Source: a virus (lineage: Duplodnaviria > Heunggongvirae > Uroviricota > Caudoviricetes). From it: DNA of 64,000 bases. The stretch lies in IMG/VR virus record IMGVR_UViG_3300050821_018098; one strand, 5' to 3'. Shown here piece by piece: positions 37,239 through 45,944 of this stretch (its first letter is position 1; each line of letters begins with the position of its first letter). Under the pieces are notes generated by a model that was not told the DNA's origin, made no database searches, and saw only the letters and a program-made list of their open reading frames with translations. The position numbers were made by a program, and so were the translations under genes.

Positions 37239-37925
37239 ATGAATACCTGGATAGAATTTATTAAAAACGAATCAGAACAAGAATATTTTCTTTCTTTAAA
37301 AGAAAATTTAAAAATAGAAAAATCTAAAGGAAGGATAATATATCCACCAACTAAACAAATATTTACAGCCTTTGATATTACACCATTCGAAAGTATTAAA
37401 ATTGTAGTATTAGGTATGGATCCCTACATAGGACATAACCAGGCACATGGTTTAGCATTTTCTACACTAGATAAATCAAGGCCTAAGTCATTACAAAATA
37501 TTTGTCAAGAAATTCGTAATGATATCTATACAGAAAAAGAAATGAAAGATATTTTTGTAGGAAGTAATTTAACTTGCTGGGCTAATCAAGGTGTATTTTT
37601 ATTAAATACAACATTAACTGTTCAAGAAGGTTTATCTGGATCACATGAAGGTATAGGTTGGGAAGTTTTTACCGGAAGAGCTATTGATTTAATCGCTAAA
37701 GATCCTACACCAAAAGTGTTTATGTTATGGGGTAAAAAAGCTAAACAATTCAGTAATATTATAAAAGAAGCTGGAAACGATCATTTAATTTTAGAAGCTG
37801 CTCACCCATCACCATTTTCAGCAAGTTCTGGATTCTTTGATTGTAAACATTTTTCAAAAGCAAATATATTTCTTAAGGAAAACGGTTCAAAGAAAATTGA
37901 CTGGAGGATCTGGCCAACAGAATGA
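37239..37925 (+). CDS. ung: uracil-DNA glycosylase, family 1 (UNG)
   Basis: VVLGMDPYIGHNQAHGLAFS (GQDPYH motif), GVFLLNTTLTVQEG, AAHPSPFSA (HPSPLS motif). Confidence 0.85.
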   Translation: MNTWIEFIKNESEQEYFLSLKENLKIEKSKGRIIYPPTKQIFTAFDITPFESIKIVVLGMDPYIGHNQAHGLAFSTLDKSRPKSLQNICQEIRNDIYTEKEMKDIFVGSNLTCWANQGVFLLNTTLTVQEGLSGSHEGIGWEVFTGRAIDLIAKDPTPKVFMLWGKKAKQFSNIIKEAGNDHLILEAAHPSPFSASSGFFDCKHFSKANIFLKENGSKKIDWRIWPTE

Positions 37926-37928
37926 GGA

Positions 37929-38330
37929 CTATAAAAGTCCCCATTTCTTTGCAAGTGATATAGGAACTTCTACTTTTTCATTCCAAGCATCATTACCAGA
38001 TATTGTAATTATATCCGATACATAATAACTCCATCCCTGCCATTCAACAAATCTATCCCAAGCAGAAGAATCACATAATTGCTTAAGTGTATAAACAACT
38101 TTTTGTTCATCCTCTTGAACTGGATCGTTAAGTTTTGATGCATTAATAGTGATTGTTATATTACTATCATCTAATCCTATTAAGTCCAAACCAAAATCAT
38201 CAATTAAAACTTCCAGATTTAAATTTCCATCATCTAAACTTTCCAATAAAAATTTTCCAAATGAATTCTTTTTTATTTTTCCCGTAAATACTTTCTCGAA
38301 AATAAAATCTTCTTTTCTATTTTCTTTCAT
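37929..38330 (-). CDS. hypothetical protein
   Basis: 133-aa ORF. Confidence 0.3.
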   Translation of the reverse strand: MKENRKEDFIFEKVFTGKIKKNSFGKFLLESLDDGNLNLEVLIDDFGLDLIGLDDSNITITINASKLNDPVQEDEQKVVYTLKQLCDSSAWDRFVEWQGWSYYVSDIITISGNDAWNEKVEVPISLAKKWGLL

Positions 38331-38709
38331 TGTAATTTTTTATTAAAAGACCCATTTTATTTACTAGCCAATAAACAATATGCCCATCTGTATCTTTATT
38401 GTAACCACAAACCAAACAAAAAATGTATAAATCAATAGTATCGTCTATCGTTAGTAAAGTTTCACAAATACCTTCACATAACTCATGATAGTGAGCACTT
38501 GTATTGAATAAATCTAATTCTTCAGCTAAATTATTAATATCATCATCCGATAAACCATCGAACGGATCCATAATAGGTTCTCTTTTCATATGGAATAGAA
38601 ATCTATAACAACTCGTATCATATAATGACCATATTTTAGTACTTATTTCTTGAACCAAATAGTAAGGCCCTGCCACCTCACCGTATATTATATAATCGTT
38701 ACCAAGCAT
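38317..38709 (-). CDS. hypothetical protein
   Basis: 130-aa ORF overlapping downstream gene by 14 nt. Confidence 0.3.
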   Translation of the reverse strand: MLGNDYIIYGEVAGPYYLVQEISTKIWSLYDTSCYRFLFHMKREPIMDPFDGLSDDDINNLAEELDLFNTSAHYHELCEGICETLLTIDDTIDLYIFCLVCGYNKDTDGHIVYWLVNKMGLLIKNYNERK

Positions 38710-38944
38710 ACTTCAATTTTGTTTATATACAAAGATAGCAAAATTTTTTACAACATAAAAAAATTGATAAAATACAAATTAGTTATATTTGAAAAGCACA
38801 TAAAGTTTTGTTAAACTTTCTGACAAAAATATTACCTTGTTACATTAAATACAAAAAAAAATTTAATAAAAACTTCATATAAAATTTGATTTGTTGTCAG
38901 ATTTTAAATTCCTTTGTATCACGAAAAAATTAAAGATTAATAGA

Positions 38945-39445
38945 ATGCTTAAATCGAATATAACTTTTAATGAAAACAATGATAAACAACAAATTTCGAT
39001 AAATGATGCTCTGATTTATTGGGATCCGATACAAGAAACTTTCTTAAGTATTATTAGTGCAAAAGAACTTTCTCATAAAAAAGCTACCGAGCATTTTAAT
39101 ATTAACAGTGATACATTTGTTGATTTTTTAGAACAGTTATCCGAGAAATATGATTGGTTTGATTACAGAATGTCTCCACATATAATAGAATTTATTACAG
39201 TCCTTATCGAGGATACTTTTTGTGAAACTTCTGAAGATACTGAAGACCAATACAATTGTTGGTATATTGATCTTGAACAAAATATTAGAAATACATATAA
39301 TATAGAACTTGTTGATTTGTTAGAAAGAGTTCGATACAGAATAAATGTTGAACATTTTTTTGAAAGACAAAAAACACCGGATCAGACTGTATATTTAATT
39401 GGTAGTTATTATCTGGAAGAAATAGAAGAGTTACAAAAGAAATAA
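38945..39445 (+). CDS. hypothetical protein (start moved to first ATG; track ORF begins at a non-ATG start at 38891)
   Basis: ORF 38891..39445; first Met of MLKSNITF at about 38945. Confidence 0.3.
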   Translation: MLKSNITFNENNDKQQISINDALIYWDPIQETFLSIISAKELSHKKATEHFNINSDTFVDFLEQLSEKYDWFDYRMSPHIIEFITVLIEDTFCETSEDTEDQYNCWYIDLEQNIRNTYNIELVDLLERVRYRINVEHFFERQKTPDQTVYLIGSYYLEEIEELQKK

Positions 39446-39525
39446 TATTTTTGAAAACAAAACGTGAGTTAACTTATATAACTACTGGTGTTAGAAGCCA
39501 GAATTCCGATTAAGGATGTAATCAG

Positions 39526-39550
39526 AAAAGGAAGCAATTGCTTCCTTTTC
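39526..39550 (+). terminator. rho-independent terminator
   Basis: aaaa-ggaagc-aatt-gcttcc-tttt. Confidence 0.7.
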
Positions 39551-39638
39551 TATTTTTAAATAATTTTTTACTTTCTGAAAACCTAAATACATTTTTCATC
39601 TATAACTTTTACCTAACTATACAATATAGGTTCAAAAT

Positions 39639-40994
39639 ATGGAAATATCAGTAACACTTGAAAAAGCTTTCTTTAAATTTATTCTAGATCATCCTTCTTA
39701 TTATTTCAGAGTTGATGTTGCAAATTTTAATAATAAACAAATAGGATTCGTCTATCAAGTAATACAAACCTATTATAACGCCTGTAAAAATGATCCCCAT
39801 GTACCAAAGCCACGTAAGATTGTTGAACTGGTTCGTATGTATGATCCTGAGAATCGTGTCACAGATGATGTAATAAAATCACTTTTAACATTTGACCTTT
39901 CACAATTTATACAAAATGAAACCGATGACTGGTTAGAGACTCAATTAAAATCATGGTGTACAATACACAATTTCACATCAAGATCTGTTCAGGTAATCGA
40001 GAAAGTAAGAAGTCTTAGCAGTGATACAATGTCCTGGGGAGATATACAAAAAGTAATTGATGAAGTTAAAGAACTTGTTATAGATCCTACAATCACTACT
40101 TTCAATGATGATAATTTAGGACTCGATTTTGACAATCCTGAGGATCACTTTCAAAATGAAGAATTTAATAAAATTAAAACAGGATGGGATTCTTTAAATG
40201 AGCAACTCAATGGTGGTTGGAAAAGAAAAACAATGACTGTTCTTGCCGGACCATCAAACGTTGGTAAATCTCAATGGTTGTGTAATATAGGGGCCAATTG
40301 TGCTGATATGGGATACAATGTTCTTTATGTAACCTTGGAGATGTCCGAAACTGATGTATTAGCAAGGGTTGGTTCTAAAAGATTAAGAATACCTATAGAT
40401 GATTATGCTACAGCAAGCAAGGATCAATCAGCTATGAAAGAAAAAATCCTTGCACTTAAAAAACGTGGAGCAAAAGGACTTAATAATTTATACGGAGATA
40501 AAATAGGAAAATTTCTTGTTAGAGAGTTTGCTACTGGATCAGCAAGAATCTCAGACATCGATCAGTACATAAAAGGTCTCCAAGATAAAAAAGGTATAAA
40601 AATCGATGTTATCCTTGTCGATTATCTTACAATTATGTGCCCTAATAAAGCAGATGAGAATTTATACATCAAAGGTAAACAACTATCTGAAGGTTTAAGA
40701 GCAATGGCTAAAAAGTATGAAGCTGCTGTAATCACTGCTGTACAAGTTGGTAAAGAAGCATGGAATACAAATGATATGGATCTGGCTGATGTATCAGAAT
40801 CAAAAGCAATTGTTGAAACTTGCGACTTACTTTATGGTATTATTCAAAATGGTAAAATGAAACGTGATAAGAAATATCAATTAAAGCTTCTAAAAATTAG
40901 AGCAGGGGCCTTCAAATGGGAGCGAACAAGTTTTGATTTTGATTCGGTTTATCTTGATATTATCAACGATGTTAAAATTTTAGAACAAAAATAA
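39639..40994 (+). CDS. DnaB-like replicative DNA helicase (T4 gp41 / T7 gp4 helicase-domain family)
   Basis: Walker A LAGPSNVGKSQWL, Walker B ILVDYLTIM, ITAVQVGKEAW (H3/Q motif), N-terminal helical domain; 451 aa. Confidence 0.8.
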   Translation: MEISVTLEKAFFKFILDHPSYYFRVDVANFNNKQIGFVYQVIQTYYNACKNDPHVPKPRKIVELVRMYDPENRVTDDVIKSLLTFDLSQFIQNETDDWLETQLKSWCTIHNFTSRSVQVIEKVRSLSSDTMSWGDIQKVIDEVKELVIDPTITTFNDDNLGLDFDNPEDHFQNEEFNKIKTGWDSLNEQLNGGWKRKTMTVLAGPSNVGKSQWLCNIGANCADMGYNVLYVTLEMSETDVLARVGSKRLRIPIDDYATASKDQSAMKEKILALKKRGAKGLNNLYGDKIGKFLVREFATGSARISDIDQYIKGLQDKKGIKIDVILVDYLTIMCPNKADENLYIKGKQLSEGLRAMAKKYEAAVITAVQVGKEAWNTNDMDLADVSESKAIVETCDLLYGIIQNGKMKRDKKYQLKLLKIRAGAFKWERTSFDFDSVYLDIINDVKILEQK

Positions 40995-41044
40995 AAAACT
41001 TTCTTTATTTTTTAGATATAAAGTTTAAATTCAGTTTATTTTAT

Positions 41045-41761
41045 ATGCCTAAAAAGAAAAGTTCAAATGAAGAACCAAAGAAAGTAAAAGCAAAAAAATC
41101 TAAAATATCTTTAGAAGAAGCTGATGAGGAAGAAATGGAAGAAATGATTTCTGAAGATATAGAAGATGATACTGATTTTGAAGACACTGATATATTAGAT
41201 CTACCCTTAGATATTATAGAAGATGAACTTGATTCTGATGAAGAGATTGATGGCTTGTCTGTTATAGAAGTTGTTGAGGAAGTCAAAGAAGAAGCTCCAG
41301 TGAAGAAGAAAAATATGTTCAATCATAGATTGAAATATGATTCAATCTTTAAAGGTAAAAAGAATGATATGGCTACTGATGAATTCAATCCGGATTTTTT
41401 GGTACAAAAACAAACTACATTCGATCTTGTTGATTTCCATAGTAGTGAAGATAATTATCGTATTTCACAACTTGAAGAAATTATATACCAGTTTGTAATC
41501 GAAAAAACTACAATAGATATGACAGCAAGCCGTAGAAAACCTGGCAGAAGTGAATTTAATAAGTATATACAAATGCTTACTGAATACGTGGATCTTAGTC
41601 TTTACACACATGGTGATATATTCTGTATATTTTCAACCTATTTTAGTGATAATTTATTTAGTATGTTTAGACTACTTGATAAAAAATGGGGTGCTATTGT
41701 AGCAAAAGAACTTAAAAATGTTTTTAACAATAAAGACTTTGACGGTTTTGAAATCGTATAA
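41045..41761 (+). CDS. hypothetical protein with basic N-terminus followed by long poly-acidic segment
   Basis: MPKKKSSNEEPKKVKAKKSK then EEADEEEMEEMISEDIEDDTDFEDTDILD...; 238 aa; the minus-strand ORF 41041..41322 is its mirror frame. Confidence 0.4.
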   Translation: MPKKKSSNEEPKKVKAKKSKISLEEADEEEMEEMISEDIEDDTDFEDTDILDLPLDIIEDELDSDEEIDGLSVIEVVEEVKEEAPVKKKNMFNHRLKYDSIFKGKKNDMATDEFNPDFLVQKQTTFDLVDFHSSEDNYRISQLEEIIYQFVIEKTTIDMTASRRKPGRSEFNKYIQMLTEYVDLSLYTHGDIFCIFSTYFSDNLFSMFRLLDKKWGAIVAKELKNVFNNKDFDGFEIV

Positions 41762-41766
41762 CTATT

Positions 41767-42048
41767 ATGGAAAATAAAACAGGATTTGATCTTTCAAGTT
41801 TAAATGCTATGGAAGAATTTATTAAAGAACAAATTGCTAAGGATCCTGATATAGCTCAGGCCCTCCTTGCAGAAGATGGTGTTCCGATAAAAACATATCG
41901 AATAGATTTTGGTAAAGTGAAGACTCTTCCAGAATTATTGAAAATTTTACAACATTTGAGTTTTGTTATATCTGGACCACAAGAATATTTCGATACCTAC
42001 TGTAAAGAAATACAGGAATATTTAATATCAACAGAAGAAGGCTCTTAG
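41767..42048 (+). CDS. hypothetical protein
   Basis: 93-aa ORF followed by hairpin. Confidence 0.3.
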   Translation: MENKTGFDLSSLNAMEEFIKEQIAKDPDIAQALLAEDGVPIKTYRIDFGKVKTLPELLKILQHLSFVISGPQEYFDTYCKEIQEYLISTEEGS

Positions 42049-42059
42049 GAGCCTTTTTA
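42038..42059 (+). terminator. rho-independent terminator overlapping stop codon
   Basis: aaggctc-tta-ggagcctt followed by ttttt. Confidence 0.55.
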
Positions 42060-42072
42060 TTTTAAAAAATTT

Positions 42073-42621
42073 TTGATATATTTGTATATGGAATCCTTAT
42101 TCAAAAAGAAAAGAACAACTAAAAAAACACACTTTGCTTTTCAGTATTTGGGTATTTTTAATGGTGTTGGTACTATAAAAAAAGTAGATTCACTTCAATT
42201 TATATGGTATAAAGTACAATCTGTTTTGAAAGAGTATTTTAAATATCAACAAATAACCCGTAAAATTAAACAGTACCAAATATATTATAGATTTAATGTA
42301 ACTATTAATTCACAAAAGGTATGTATGCTTGAGATAATTGACACAAAAGAAAATATTTCATTTATATTCTCTATTAATAAGGAAAAACATTTGAATATTT
42401 TCAAAACAAAATACCCTTATAATATGACATCTATGTTTACATCTAATATGTATGTTGAATGGTCTGATAAAGAAGCTAAAATTAAAGAAATTAAACATTC
42501 AAAAGCAACACCATGTAGTATGGTATCACAAGATATAAGACGGATTGAACATAAAGACGATGTAAAAAGAATATTCAACTTTATCCAGACCTTAGAAGCC
42601 TTTAATTTGAAGCCTCATTAA
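42073..42621 (+). CDS. hypothetical protein
   Basis: 182-aa ORF. Confidence 0.3.
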   Translation: MIYLYMESLFKKKRTTKKTHFAFQYLGIFNGVGTIKKVDSLQFIWYKVQSVLKEYFKYQQITRKIKQYQIYYRFNVTINSQKVCMLEIIDTKENISFIFSINKEKHLNIFKTKYPYNMTSMFTSNMYVEWSDKEAKIKEIKHSKATPCSMVSQDIRRIEHKDDVKRIFNFIQTLEAFNLKPH

Positions 42622-43021
42622 TTGTATTTTTTAATGATTCTATTTCACTCTTTCTATGGTTAATAGAGTCTCTTAATATAGCACATCGTTCGTAATTTTC
42701 TAATTTAATATTGTGTTCAAGTAATTCTACCAATATAGGGATATCTTTTTCTATTACATCGTCAATAACTATTGTTGAAAATTTACAAAATTTTGTGAAC
42801 AGAACTTCTTGTTTTTTTATATGTAAATTTATCTCTTTTAGGAAATTAAAACTTTTCTCTGCCAGCCTATTAAGCTCATCAGAATCATTTGTGTTATCAC
42901 GGATTTTTCTACTCTCTTCTATATGTAAGGAAATATCAGTTATAACATTCTGATTAACCTTTATCTGTTCCTGAATACTTTTGATATAATCAACTAGTAT
43001 CTTGTGTATTTTTGTATCCAT
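42602..43021 (-). CDS. hypothetical protein
   Basis: 139-aa ORF. Confidence 0.3.
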   Translation of the reverse strand: MDTKIHKILVDYIKSIQEQIKVNQNVITDISLHIEESRKIRDNTNDSDELNRLAEKSFNFLKEINLHIKKQEVLFTKFCKFSTIVIDDVIEKDIPILVELLEHNIKLENYERCAILRDSINHRKSEIESLKNTINEASN

Positions 43022-43109
43022 ATATTATTTATATACGAAAACTTTTATGAAGTTTTAGTCTAAAATATAAACCTGGTATAATACCAGATATAAATTCAAT
43101 AGAAATATA

Positions 43110-43874
43110 ATGAATCAATCTTTACAACTGATAGTAGATTCCATAGACATAGAGCTTAAGAAAAAAATATATGCAGCAAGACTACCCATAGTTAATATAA
43201 GTTCAGAAGTATACATAAAAGTATCTGATGATACAGTTCCCACAGATAATATTGATCTTAATATCACAACTTACGGTTATTACTATAGTGAAAATGTCTT
43301 TGAAACCGAACATAGCGAAGAAATTATTATTTATTCTGATTGGTGGAATCAATTGAAACATAATATATTTGGTAATTTATTTTCTCTAAAGATAATAAGT
43401 ATTACTAAAAAATTTAAAATTACTTTGTATAGAGTACCAAAAGAAATTTTGTCAATACCAGAAGATAAATTGGTAACACAAAATTCTATAATCTTTGAAA
43501 CACCTACTAAAACAGATTTTGGTATAGATATTAAAAAACGTATTGCTAATAAAATAAAAAATTGTGTGAATTATAATATTCAAATTTCATCACTAAGAAA
43601 TTCGGATCATTATTTATCGAAAATTATACCAGATCTTGTAAATAATGTAGCTGGTGAATTCGAAAAATTCTTTTCTAACGGTAAAGAATACACATTAAGT
43701 AATAGCATTGAAGTTCCAGCTACATGGTTTCAACAACTTTTACTAAAATTATTCCCTAAAAAAATAGTAAAAATGAAGACTTTAGTGAGCTCAACAAAAG
43801 TTACAATAAACGATTATATACCAACCGAATATAAAAAATCTGATCTTTATCATTTAAAAATTACTGAATGTTAA
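43110..43874 (+). CDS. hypothetical protein
   Basis: 254-aa ORF; TATAAATT box about 14 nt upstream. Confidence 0.3.
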   Translation: MNQSLQLIVDSIDIELKKKIYAARLPIVNISSEVYIKVSDDTVPTDNIDLNITTYGYYYSENVFETEHSEEIIIYSDWWNQLKHNIFGNLFSLKIISITKKFKITLYRVPKEILSIPEDKLVTQNSIIFETPTKTDFGIDIKKRIANKIKNCVNYNIQISSLRNSDHYLSKIIPDLVNNVAGEFEKFFSNGKEYTLSNSIEVPATWFQQLLLKLFPKKIVKMKTLVSSTKVTINDYIPTEYKKSDLYHLKITEC

Positions 43875-43927
43875 AACTATTCACAATTCCATGGATATAA
43901 AACTCACATATAAAACATATACAAATC

Positions 43928-44455
43928 ATGGAAATCAAAGATTATTTAGAATTATCAGAAAAAACATTATCATACAATTTCTACGCAGAGGAACAAACAA
44001 AGCTTGCTCTAAATGAAACTGTTGAAGATATAGTGATTATCGGAGACAGATTAGATCTTATTAAGAAAGTTCTTTTCTATGGAAAAGATATAAAACTTGA
44101 AACAAGACCTAATGAACCCAATGACACATTTACTACACCAGACTTAAAGAAACAAATAATTCTTCATGGTGCTATAGGAATGGTCACAGAATCCATTGAA
44201 CTTTTGAAAGAAGTATTTGCTGCCATTAAAGAAGAAAGAGATTTTGATACAGTCAATATTTTTGAAGAGCTTGGTGATGAAAATTTCTATCAAGCTATAT
44301 TTTTACGTGAATTTAATTTTGAACTTGGTAATGTTTGGGATACAAATATTAATAAATTGAAGGCTCGGTACGGAGAAAATTTTAGTAGTGAAAAAGCTAT
44401 GAATAGAGATTTAGTGAATGAGTCAGAAGTACTGACTCAAGGTCTTAATAAATAG
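43928..44455 (+). CDS. MazG-like nucleoside triphosphate pyrophosphohydrolase
   Basis: ILHGAIGMVTESIELLKEV...IFEELGDENFYQAIF matches MazG EExxE...EELGDxxW/F metal-binding helices. Confidence 0.5.
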   Translation: MEIKDYLELSEKTLSYNFYAEEQTKLALNETVEDIVIIGDRLDLIKKVLFYGKDIKLETRPNEPNDTFTTPDLKKQIILHGAIGMVTESIELLKEVFAAIKEERDFDTVNIFEELGDENFYQAIFLREFNFELGNVWDTNINKLKARYGENFSSEKAMNRDLVNESEVLTQGLNK

Positions 44456-44463
44456 AATAAATT

Positions 44464-44489
44464 AGTCCGGTTCATCCCGGACTTTTTTA
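44464..44489 (+). terminator. rho-independent terminator
   Basis: agtccgg-ttcatc-ccggact followed by tttttt. Confidence 0.8.
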
Positions 44490-44509
44490 TGTAAAAATAA
44501 TCGATCAAG

Positions 44510-44803
44510 ATGGAAAAAATAACAGAAATTGAAATTAAAAGATATCCAGGATTTATAATTGAAATTTATAAAGGCTTTGATAAAGATATCATAGATTCTT
44601 TTCCAGCTAACACTCCAGGAGAAAAAGCAAAGTTGTTCTTTCTATTCATAAACTATGATCAAAAGGTAGAATGGTATAAACCAATATCAAATATGATAGG
44701 ATTTGTTGTTGATAAATTTGATGGATTAACAGAAGAGTATGTCATCAATTTTATTAATGGTATTATCAATACAGATTTTTCGATTCTATCAGAATCTTTA
44801 TAA
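44510..44803 (+). CDS. hypothetical protein
   Basis: 97-aa ORF. Confidence 0.3.
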   Translation: MEKITEIEIKRYPGFIIEIYKGFDKDIIDSFPANTPGEKAKLFFLFINYDQKVEWYKPISNMIGFVVDKFDGLTEEYVINFINGIINTDFSILSESL

Positions 44804-44804
44804 C

Positions 44805-44840
44805 AAAAAAGGCTAGTAATTTACTAGCCTTTCATTTTTT
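44805..44840. terminator. bidirectional rho-independent terminator
   Basis: aaaaaa-ggctagtaa-tt-tactagcc-ttt between convergent genes. Confidence 0.8.
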
Positions 44841-44853
44841 CTAATTAAAACGA

Positions 44854-45837
44854 TTAAAACTCAACGGTATCATCAAAGCTTAAATCATTCTCTTCTTTTG
44901 TATTACCAGTATGAGCCTTTTTGTAATCACTTACTCTCTTCTCAAAGAAGTTCGTCTTACCCTGAAGACTAATAAGCTCCATAAATGGAAAAGGATTAGC
45001 TGTACCGAATACTTTACTGTATCCCAGGTTAACTAACCAAAAATCAGCTACAAACTCTATGTACTGAGACATAGCTGTTGCATTCATACCAATTAAAGAT
45101 ACGGGCAATGACTCTGTAATGAATTCTTTTTCTATCTCTACAGCACTCAATATAATTTCTTTTACTCTTTCTTCTGTAAGCTTGTTTTCAAGCATAGAAT
45201 AAAGAAGGCACGCAAACTCACAGTGGAGCCCTTCATCACGGCTTATAATTTCATTAGAAAAAGTTAGACCAGGCATAAGTCCTCTTTTCTTTAACCAGAA
45301 GATAGAGCAGAAAGAGCCGGAGAAGAAAATTCCTTCAACAGCAGCAAATGCAATAAGTCTTTCTGCAAAACTATCAGCTTTAATCCAACGAAGTGCCCAA
45401 TCAGCCTTTTTCTTTACAGCTGGTAAGTTTTCATGAGCATTAAAAAGCATATCCTTTTCTACGGGATCTTTTATATAAGTATCAATAAGTAGAGAGTATG
45501 TTTCTGAATGTATATTCTCCATCATAATTTGAAACCCATAAAAACATTTAGCTTCAGGAATTTGAACTTCTTTTAAGAAATTTTCAGCAAGATTTTCGTT
45601 TACAATTCCATCAGAAGCAGCGAAAAAGGCTAGAACATATTTAATAAAATGTCTTTCATTATCATTAAGTTCTTTTTCCCAATGTACCTGATCTGGAGAT
45701 AAATCTATCTCTTCGGCTGTCCAAAAAACAGCCTGACAATCCTTATACATTTTCCATATTCGATCATATTTAATCGGAAAAAGAACAAATCTATTTTTGT
45801 TCTCCATTAACAAGGGCTCCATTATCTGTTTATTCAT
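44854..45837 (-). CDS. nrdB: ribonucleotide reductase class Ia small subunit (R2/NrdB)
   Basis: [39 protein letters not shown] iron-ligand/tyrosyl-radical motifs; likely start at MNKQIME (track ORF extends to 45885). Confidence 0.9.
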   Translation of the reverse strand: MNKQIMEPLLMENKNRFVLFPIKYDRIWKMYKDCQAVFWTAEEIDLSPDQVHWEKELNDNERHFIKYVLAFFAASDGIVNENLAENFLKEVQIPEAKCFYGFQIMMENIHSETYSLLIDTYIKDPVEKDMLFNAHENLPAVKKKADWALRWIKADSFAERLIAFAAVEGIFFSGSFCSIFWLKKRGLMPGLTFSNEIISRDEGLHCEFACLLYSMLENKLTEERVKEIILSAVEIEKEFITESLPVSLIGMNATAMSQYIEFVADFWLVNLGYSKVFGTANPFPFMELISLQGKTNFFEKRVSDYKKAHTGNTKEENDLSFDDTVEF

Positions 45838-45944
45838 ACTAAAATATTTTTTATTTTTTACAAAGATATAAAATAAAAGCATCACTTTTATATGATGCTT
45901 TTAAAAAATTTTTAATTACATAACTTATTGATTATCAATAAGTT

